Source: Breznakia blatticola
GTDB lineage: Bacteria > Bacillota_I > Bacilli_A > Erysipelotrichales > Erysipelotrichaceae
DNA length: 32,000 bases
Assembly: GCF_004365815.1 (NCBI RefSeq)
Contig: NZ_SODD01000005.1
Coordinates: 45,930-77,929 of the forward strand
Direction: 5' to 3'
The notes beneath the pieces were generated by a model, which worked only from the letters and a program-made list of their open reading frames with translations, had not been told where the DNA came from and did not search any database. The position numbers were made by a program, and so were the translations under genes. Positions 8,694 to 14,758 of the stretch are shown here, in pieces (within the stretch, counting starts at the first letter, position 1; every line of letters starts with the position of its first letter).

Positions 8694-9655
8694 TGTTTAC
8701 ACTGGATAGAGAAAATAAAAAACCACGACGTGATTTACGCATGGCAGTGGTAGAAACATTAATTGATGTTATGAATACAAATCCAAATGTAGTTGCATTA
8801 GAAGCTGATTTAGGTGATGCAAGTGGATTCAACAAAATCAAAGCTGCACATCCAGAACGCTTTATCAATGTGGGGATTGCTGAAGCAAACATGGTTGGTG
8901 TAGCTGCAGGACTAAGTCTTATTGATTATGTACCTTTTATTCATTCATTTGGACCATTTGCTTCACGACGTGTATTTGATCAATTGTTTCTTTCTGGAGG
9001 GTATGCAGATACAACAATTAATGTATATGGTTCCGATCCCGGATTTAATGCAGGACCAAATGGAGGAACACATACGACATTTGAAGATGTAGCACTTATT
9101 AAGATGATTCCAAATTCGATTATTTGTGATGCAGCGGATGATGTACAAATGGAATGGATAGTTCGTGAATTAGCAAAGTTAAAAGGTGTACACTATATCC
9201 GTGGAAATAGAAAAGCGGTAAGAAATGTATATGCGCAAGGGTCTACATTTAATTTAGGAAAAGGAAATGTTGTAAAAGAAGGAAGTGATGTCTTATTAAT
9301 TACTGCTGGACAAATTCTTTCAGATGCACTTGATGCAGCAGAATTACTTCAAGAACAAGGGATTTCTGTAGAAGTAATTGATATGTTTACAATCAAACCA
9401 TTTGATACAGATCTCGTATTAGAAAAAGTAAAAAATAAAAAAGTGATTGTTACATTCGAAAATCATTCAATCTATGGTGGAATAGGAAGTACAGTTGCAG
9501 AAATTCTAGCTGAAAATACAGTGAATGTACCACTCTATCGAATGGGAGTAGATGAACGCTTTGGACAAGTTGGTAGCCAAGAGTATCTACAAAAAGAATT
9601 CAACTTAACTGCAAGTGATGTAATTGATACAATAAAACGTGCATTAAGTTTATAA
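8693..9655 (+). CDS. Transketolase, C-terminal (pyrimidine-binding) subunit
   Basis: 320 aa. GIAEANMVGVAAGL and GGTHTTFEDVA motifs. The start overlaps the stop of the N-terminal subunit (TAATG). Confidence 0.9.
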   Translation: MFTLDRENKKPRRDLRMAVVETLIDVMNTNPNVVALEADLGDASGFNKIKAAHPERFINVGIAEANMVGVAAGLSLIDYVPFIHSFGPFASRRVFDQLFLSGGYADTTINVYGSDPGFNAGPNGGTHTTFEDVALIKMIPNSIICDAADDVQMEWIVRELAKLKGVHYIRGNRKAVRNVYAQGSTFNLGKGNVVKEGSDVLLITAGQILSDALDAAELLQEQGISVEVIDMFTIKPFDTDLVLEKVKNKKVIVTFENHSIYGGIGSTVAEILAENTVNVPLYRMGVDERFGQVGSQEYLQKEFNLTASDVIDTIKRALSL

Positions 9656-9702
9656 AAAGATGAGAAAAATATATCCATTTGTAGTATGATAATATAGGTC
9701 AT

Positions 9703-9777
9703 GCCTCCGTAGTTAAATGGATATAACCCGCCCCTCCTAAGGGTGAATTGTGAGTTCGATTCTCGCCGGGGGTGCCA
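9703..9777 (+). tRNA. tRNA-Arg (anticodon CCU), CCA encoded
   Basis: Hand-folded cloverleaf. Acceptor GCCTCCG/CGGGGGT (G1-U72 and U4-G69 wobbles). D stem GTTA/TAAC with a GG loop. Anticodon stem CGCCC/GGGTG with loop CTCCTAA. T arm GTGAG-TTCGATT-CTCGC, discriminator G, CCA. Confidence 0.85.
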
Positions 9778-9786
9778 GTAAACAAC

Positions 9787-9831
9787 GCTGTAAGCCTTTA
9801 TTCGTAAGGGTTTGCAGCTTTTTTGATTTTT
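9787..9831 (+). terminator. Rho-independent terminator after the tRNA
   Basis: 13-bp stem GCTGTAAGCCTTT / AAGGGTTTGCAGC (3 G-U pairs), 6-nt loop, then TTTTTTGATTTTT. Confidence 0.7.
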
Positions 9832-10031
9832 GGAACAGAGAAGCTGACTCACAATTAATAACGGATAAATCTGTCCCCTATTCTGTAATGCTTCGTTCAT
9901 ATTTGCTAATTAGATTCGAACACTTTCCCACATTCTTGCTAAGAAAAATGCTTATTTGCTAATCCCAGAATTTTGGTTAATCAGAGCTGCCAACGTGGTT
10001 GCCAGTTCGGGGGACTTCTGAAGCTGCTCAA

Positions 10032-11078
10032 TCAGGGCATTGATATCCAGTGCTGGAGCCTGTGTTTTTTTTCCGGTGGATGCACATTTCTCAAATCAGG
10101 ATTAGAATAGAAAGCGGTTTCAAATTTTAGAGCATTCACTTTTCTATCTTCATCCAAGATATGAGCGTAGACTTTGGTAACCATATCAATCTCAGCATGT
10201 CCGGTATCGCCCTGAGTGGCTTTCAGGTCGCCGTGGTTGAGCTTTAACTTGTAAGTGGTACTAGAATGTCTAAGCGAGTGAAAAACCACGTTAGGAAGCC
10301 CTGCACGTTCTTTGAGCTCTGCAAATGCTTTGTGAATCAACCGTTCATCACACGGGCGCCCATTCGGCAACGCAATCACAAGATTATAATCCTGATACTC
10401 TTCACCTAAGAATCCTCTTAGCTCATCCTGTACCGATTTCCATTCTCGCATGATGTAGGCAACTGTTTTAGGCAGCCATATTTTCCGGATGCTAGAAGTT
10501 GTCTTTGGCTTTTTCAAAATTACCCGTGTGCTTGTATTTGGCATAAGCGGTGTAAAAATGTGGTAGATATCCTGCTCACCAATCATTTCAATTGCACGCT
10601 TTGAGCAACGAGTGAGCTCCTTATCGATATAGATATAAGCATTATCGTCAGCAATATCTTCATCTGAAACATGAACATTATCCCACGTCAAACCCAGACA
10701 TTCACCCATTCGCAAGGAACAAGCAAAGGCCAGGTTCATTGCAATATAGAGTTTCCCGTCACGGCATTCATCCAAAGCAACCCGAATCGTGTTTGCATCC
10801 CATATATCACGTTTTTTATATTCAACCTTTGCTAGAATTGTGTGTTCAAACGGATTCTTACCAATCATTTCCCAACGCACTGCCTGATGAAAGGCGCAGC
10901 GTAAAAGTTTGTTGATTTGTGAAATGGTTGAATAGGTGACATACTGAGTTTTTGCTTTTCTTTTCATGGCTTCTTTATGGGTATGCCATGTTTCCCATTT
11001 TTGTTTTGTTTCGCCTTTTTCATCCACATAGTTATACACCAGTGAATACGATTTTTTTCTTTTTATAATTGAGGCCAT
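10032..11078 (-). CDS. Tyrosine recombinase/integrase (probably defective: frameshifted C-terminal tail, unusually short core-binding region)
   Basis: Catalytic motifs SLRMGECLGL (Arg), HSLRHSS (His-x-x-Arg), GHAEIDMVTKVYAHI (His...Tyr). The N-terminus SIIKRKKSYSLVYNYVDEKGETKQKWETW resembles arm-type DNA-binding domains of conjugative-transposon integrases. See findings for the defects. Confidence 0.85.
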   Translation of the reverse strand: MASIIKRKKSYSLVYNYVDEKGETKQKWETWHTHKEAMKRKAKTQYVTYSTISQINKLLRCAFHQAVRWEMIGKNPFEHTILAKVEYKKRDIWDANTIRVALDECRDGKLYIAMNLAFACSLRMGECLGLTWDNVHVSDEDIADDNAYIYIDKELTRCSKRAIEMIGEQDIYHIFTPLMPNTSTRVILKKPKTTSSIRKIWLPKTVAYIMREWKSVQDELRGFLGEEYQDYNLVIALPNGRPCDERLIHKAFAELKERAGLPNVVFHSLRHSSTTYKLKLNHGDLKATQGDTGHAEIDMVTKVYAHILDEDRKVNALKFETAFYSNPDLRNVHPPEKKHRLQHWISMP

Positions 11079-11099
11079 ACGTCTTTCTTCCTTTCGTGA

Positions 11100-11309
11100 C
11101 TAGAGATTTTGTTTATCTAGCCAATCATCAAATGATTTTTTTGAAATTCGTATGGCAGTACCGATGCGTACTGTTTTGAAATGCCCCTCCTTGACCAAGG
11201 TATAAGCGGACGTTCTGCCGATATTCAAAATTTCAGCAATATCCTCTACTTTATATGTTCTGGAGTTTGAGGCACAATTAGCATTTACGCATTGCAATGT
11301 GCTGTCCAT
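11100..11309 (-). CDS. Excisionase-type HTH DNA-binding protein (Xis-like)
   Basis: YKVEDIAEILNIGRTSAYTLVKEGHFKTVRIGTAIRISKKSFDDWL is the excisionase/HTH_17 pattern. Start at the ATG of MDSTLQ (11309), preceded by AAGGAGG, rather than the tracked 11357. Immediately upstream of int. Confidence 0.75.
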   Translation of the reverse strand: MDSTLQCVNANCASNSRTYKVEDIAEILNIGRTSAYTLVKEGHFKTVRIGTAIRISKKSFDDWLDKQNL

Positions 11310-11619
11310 AATGTCCTCCTTTCGGACACAGAGCAGTGCGTGTAAAATAACTTCCATTTATACTTTACCGCGTCTCTACTCAAATGCCTGCTAAAAAAGT
11401 AATCGAATTATCCATAAGCATAAAACGGACAGCTACTGGCATACCTAAAGGTATTTCCTTTGGGCACAGCTCCACGGGAATTTCACCCCTCCGGCGGTCT
11501 GATACATTTCAGATTCAGCCGCCATAAACCCATACTTTGTGTAGAGAAAAACGAAAGCCACTACCGTCTAAAGTGCGGTTCTGTGCTTACAAATCTGAAT
11601 TATAGGTGTATTTTTCGAC

Positions 11620-12333
11620 TCAAGCTATTTTCTTATTAAATCGTTTTGTCGGTAATACCATCCACATAAGAACTGCGAATAGTGCAATCCCTATCAATAT
11701 ATAATCACTTTCCTTGACGGCTTTCGCTAGCCAGTATGACGGAAGCACCGAAAAAATACACTGCGCTTTTTCGTTTATGAAAAAAGGTGCTAAAGCTCCA
11801 AGCGTAAACAGCATTGTAAACTTGCCCACCGCCATTCCCTCAACTTTATTTGCGGAAAACGCTACAATTAGCAAAGCTGAGCAAACACCTTGCACCGTGC
11901 TTACGATTGCCAATCCAATTAACATTGCCGTATTCATGCTTACATGGTGGAAAAGTGCAAACACAATGACACTCATAACCATTGAGATAATTCCTGTTAG
12001 ACCAAACCGCGATAATAAATATCCTGTTTTCCCCAATGGCGTTACTGCCAAATAGGATATTAGCCGTTCATCAGCTTCCTCTAAAACCACCATTGCGATA
12101 ACAAAATTATACATTGACGGTGTGAGCATAACTAAAAATAAATCCAGTAATCCGTAGTATGGTGATATGATGTGTTCTATAGCCAGATAGTTAATAAGCT
12201 GCATTTCGACTAAGGGAATACCAAACCGAAACAGTAGTCCCACCAAAACCGGCACAAATGCAATAACCAAGAGCATAGGGTCTTTTTTCATCTGCCGGAG
12301 CATTTGGGAATAACTCAGTAAAATTGCTTTCAT
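11620..12333 (-). CDS. ABC-2 type transporter permease (second membrane subunit)
   Basis: Polytopic hydrophobic protein. The start at MKAILLS gives an ATGA overlap with the upstream permease stop and follows GGGGGTG; the tracked start 12360 is probably an overextension. Confidence 0.75.
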   Translation of the reverse strand: MKAILLSYSQMLRQMKKDPMLLVIAFVPVLVGLLFRFGIPLVEMQLINYLAIEHIISPYYGLLDLFLVMLTPSMYNFVIAMVVLEEADERLISYLAVTPLGKTGYLLSRFGLTGIISMVMSVIVFALFHHVSMNTAMLIGLAIVSTVQGVCSALLIVAFSANKVEGMAVGKFTMLFTLGALAPFFINEKAQCIFSVLPSYWLAKAVKESDYILIGIALFAVLMWMVLPTKRFNKKIA

Positions 12334-13010
12334 AGCTTTACACCCCCAAGCCTTTTCCACATTTTCTCTGTTGAACCATAAGCAAGAACAAGTAAGAGCG
12401 TAAATACAAGTGCAAGGATAGCTATATCATAACCGGCACCGTGCGTACTCCCTGTAATTAAGGCCATGCTACTACTCAGCGGATAAAATCGCAAAATATC
12501 TGCCGGATAAAATAGATAAATAAGCGGTGGCACAAAGCATATAATTTCTACAGGTACGGTTGCCATCAGATACCCATTCAAGCTACTTATTCTCGTGGCT
12601 ACAATCAGTCCCAACAGTGTAAAAATGCCCGAAGTTAAGGCGACAGAAAGCAAGAGCATTGGGATATTATTGCTATCCGCCACTACTGCCAGCACCAAAG
12701 AAACCAACACGGATATAACGGCGAGTGAAAGCACTTTAGATAAAATATATTCTATTGTCGTTACAGGGGATACAGCCAGTGCGTTTAATACCCGCTCACT
12801 CTTTTCCAATAGCACAATCGCACCCATAAAGAACAGCCCAAGAGCCGCCGGGTCGGAATATATCATCACACTTGCAGCCTTTTCTCGCCATGCTTCGGGA
12901 AAAAACAATAGCAACATAATATAGACGACTGAAAAAGTCACATAAAGAAAGTAGAAGCCATACTTTATTTGAAATCGCATATCCCCAAGCAGGAGCTTTA
13001 TAAACCTCAT
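12330..13010 (-). CDS. ABC-2 type transporter permease (first membrane subunit)
   Basis: 226 aa with about six hydrophobic segments. ATGA overlap with the ATPase gene. Confidence 0.75.
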   Translation of the reverse strand: MRFIKLLLGDMRFQIKYGFYFLYVTFSVVYIMLLLFFPEAWREKAASVMIYSDPAALGLFFMGAIVLLEKSERVLNALAVSPVTTIEYILSKVLSLAVISVLVSLVLAVVADSNNIPMLLLSVALTSGIFTLLGLIVATRISSLNGYLMATVPVEIICFVPPLIYLFYPADILRFYPLSSSMALITGSTHGAGYDIAILALVFTLLLVLAYGSTEKMWKRLGGVKL

Positions 13011-13852
13011 TTTAGCGTCCTCCCGGTAATTTCAATGAAAATGTCATTCAACGTAGGTTCGCTGCTGTGAATAGACTGTATGCGATTGCTTTTCAGCAAT
13101 TCTATCAATCTATTGTCCGCCGATGTCTGTGCCAATGGACATTCGCTGGTATGCTTTGTACCATCATGGAATGTGTACTTTACGGTTGCCGCCCCTTTCC
13201 GCATTATCAAATTGTGGGGTGTATCCAAGGCTTTAACGTGACCGTCAACTATGAAGGCAACCCGATCACAAAGCTCGGTAGCATCCTGCATATTGTGCGT
13301 TGTGAGCAGAATGGTCTTTCCGTGTTTCTTTTCGTCCAATATCAAATCTTTCATTATGCGACTGTTAGTAGGGTCAAGGCCGCTTGTCGGTTCGTCAAGG
13401 AATAAAATATCGGGGTCATGTAATAGGGCTTTAATAAAATTTAGCCTTGATCGCATTCCTTTGGAGTAGTCCGACACCTTTTTATCACCGTCGTTTTGAA
13501 GCCTCACGCGCTCTAAGAGGGTATCAATGTTTCGGGGCGGCTTTGTATATAGAGAGGCAAAGAATTGTAGGTTTTGGCGTGCGGTCAATTTTTCATATAA
13601 GGTCGAATATTCAAAATCAACACCAATGCTTTCATAGAAAGATTGCTTATGCGTTTTGCATTCAACGCCATTAAGTATTGCGCTTCCGTTATAAGTTGTT
13701 ATTAAGCCGGTCAATATTTTTTGGAGCGTTGTTTTGCCTGCCCCGGACGGGCCGAGGAATCCGAATATTTCGCCCTTTGCTACATGAAAACTCATGTTTT
13801 CGATAAATGGTTTATTTGTATAGCTGAAGTCTAGCTTTTCAACAGTTATCAT
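13007..13852 (-). CDS. ABC exporter ATP-binding protein (DrrA/ABC-2 subfamily)
   Basis: Walker A GPSGAGKTT, signature YSKGMRSRL, Walker B ILFLDEPTSGLD, H-loop TTHNM. Confidence 0.9.
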   Translation of the reverse strand: MITVEKLDFSYTNKPFIENMSFHVAKGEIFGFLGPSGAGKTTLQKILTGLITTYNGSAILNGVECKTHKQSFYESIGVDFEYSTLYEKLTARQNLQFFASLYTKPPRNIDTLLERVRLQNDGDKKVSDYSKGMRSRLNFIKALLHDPDILFLDEPTSGLDPTNSRIMKDLILDEKKHGKTILLTTHNMQDATELCDRVAFIVDGHVKALDTPHNLIMRKGAATVKYTFHDGTKHTSECPLAQTSADNRLIELLKSNRIQSIHSSEPTLNDIFIEITGRTLK

Positions 13853-13908
13853 AAATACCTCCCGTATTGACTGAATAAGTCTTTTTGGTCAAATAAAAAG
13901 CAAATTTT

Positions 13909-14505
13909 TTACTTTCCGTGTATTAGCTGTATAACAAGCCCCTTAATTGTCAGCTTTAATGCTTCATCAAAATATTTCTCGCCCACTCCACGCTTGTATA
14001 CCATAGCGATAAAAAGATTTCGCAATGCCGTTGAAAGTGCATCAATATTATCATTGCCCGGCAAAGAAAGTATGTTCATCACATCTTTAACAAGATCGCT
14101 ATCGTGCCCAAAATGCTTCTGCATAATTTCTTGTGGTAGCTTGCGATACAACAATTCTATTTCGCCAGTTGTCAAGAGCTTTAGAACACCGGAATCGTCT
14201 ACGGACTTATAATACCGATAAAGAATGTTGGTCAATCCATCAACTGACACTTTTCCTTGAAGTCCACGCATTTCATCCAAAAGCTGTTTTTCAAGCATAT
14301 CGTGCTGGTCTTGCAATACTTCAAACAATAGCAATTCTTTTGTCTTGTAGAATAGGTAAAAAGTGCCTTTCGGTATTTTTACACGGTCAATTAAATCATC
14401 AACAGTTGTACGCTTCACGCCGTAATTCAGCAGACAATATGTCGCCTCTTCTTTAAGCCTCTTTTTGATATAGGAACGTTCATCATCAGAATATGTTTTT
14501 GGCAT
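13909..14505 (-). CDS. TetR/AcrR family transcriptional regulator
   Basis: N-terminal HTH GVKRTTVDDLIDRVKIPKGTFYLFYKTKELL. 198 aa. First gene of the exporter operon. Confidence 0.85.
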   Translation of the reverse strand: MPKTYSDDERSYIKKRLKEEATYCLLNYGVKRTTVDDLIDRVKIPKGTFYLFYKTKELLLFEVLQDQHDMLEKQLLDEMRGLQGKVSVDGLTNILYRYYKSVDDSGVLKLLTTGEIELLYRKLPQEIMQKHFGHDSDLVKDVMNILSLPGNDNIDALSTALRNLFIAMVYKRGVGEKYFDEALKLTIKGLVIQLIHGK

Positions 14506-14519
14506 ATATGCACCTCTTT

Positions 14520-14572
14520 TTGACTAAGTTATTCTTCATAGTCAAAATAGCACTTTTCCATTATTTTGTCAA
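14520..14572 (-). promoter_or_regulatory. Putative tetR-ABC operon promoter with overlapping palindromic operator
   Basis: On the minus strand: TTGACA (14572..14567), 17-nt spacer, TATTTT (14549..14544). Inverted repeat TTGACTA-N12-TAGTCAA (14520..14545) overlaps the -10/+1 region. RBS AAAGAGG before the ATG. Confidence 0.5.
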
Positions 14573-14758
14573 TATATTTGCTGAAAAACGAGCAGATTCG
14601 TTTGCAAGGTTTTTCATGGGTCAATGAATATTGCTTGTGCATTTGAAAACGAAAATGACGAATACACTTTTGCTTAGTCATTTGAAACTGTCCAAACATC
14701 ATGCATATCGTCATTTTTTGCATTATAAAAAAACTTATATCCTTAACCTCTTTAGGTT

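Larger units (their letters stand above)
9900..14600 (-). mobile_element. Remnant of an integrative (ICE/IME-like) element: int, xis, TetR-regulated ABC exporter; boundaries approximate
   Basis: Compositional shift: sample-line hand counts give about 43-52 % G+C inside versus about 28-35 % outside. Tyrosine integrase plus Xis-type HTH sit at the tRNA-proximal end. No transfer genes. The distal side abuts another IS. Confidence 0.6.

Noticed and set aside
9703-9777. Whether the G1-U72 and U4-G69 wobble pairs mean the tRNA 3' half was replaced by element DNA, as in classical tRNA-targeting islands.
   Set aside because: The tRNA is followed by its own strong terminator and about 120 bp of AT-rich host-like DNA before the GC-rich block begins. 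No duplicated tRNA 3' segment exists in the window. The wobble pairs are compatible with a normal tRNA.
9750-9962. 70-aa plus-strand ORF starting inside the tRNA, and the 121-aa minus-strand ORF 9535..9900.
   Set aside because: They overlap the tRNA-Arg gene, its terminator and the transketolase 3' end. No RBS and an implausible sequence.
11384-11527. 47-codon plus-strand ORF (MPAKKVIELSISIKR...) in the xis-upstream spacer.
   Set aside because: No Shine-Dalgarno sequence, opposite orientation to all element genes, and no recognisable motif.
11714-14456. Plus-strand ORFs across the GC-rich exporter operon: 11714..12055, 12595..12924, 13067..13405, 13251..13469, 13447..13674, 13994..14212 and 14133..14456.
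   Set aside because: All are antisense to the ABC/TetR genes, whose Walker, signature and HTH motifs are unambiguous. Higher G+C simply lengthens random antisense frames.
9899-14581. The 9-mer ATATTTGCT, present near both ends of the GC-rich block (9899..9907 and 14573..14581), as candidate attL/attR core.
   Set aside because: A single 9-bp A/T-rich match between two intervals of about 200 bp is within chance expectation. The second copy lies just upstream of the -35 of the tetR promoter. No longer flanking identity, and no repeat of the tRNA 3' end, was found.
14529-14723. 64-aa Cys-rich minus-strand ORF upstream of tetR.
   Set aside because: It runs through the predicted tetR promoter and operator, has no SD sequence, and its composition looks like translated AT-rich spacer. 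It is kept in mind only as the unresolved left edge of the element.
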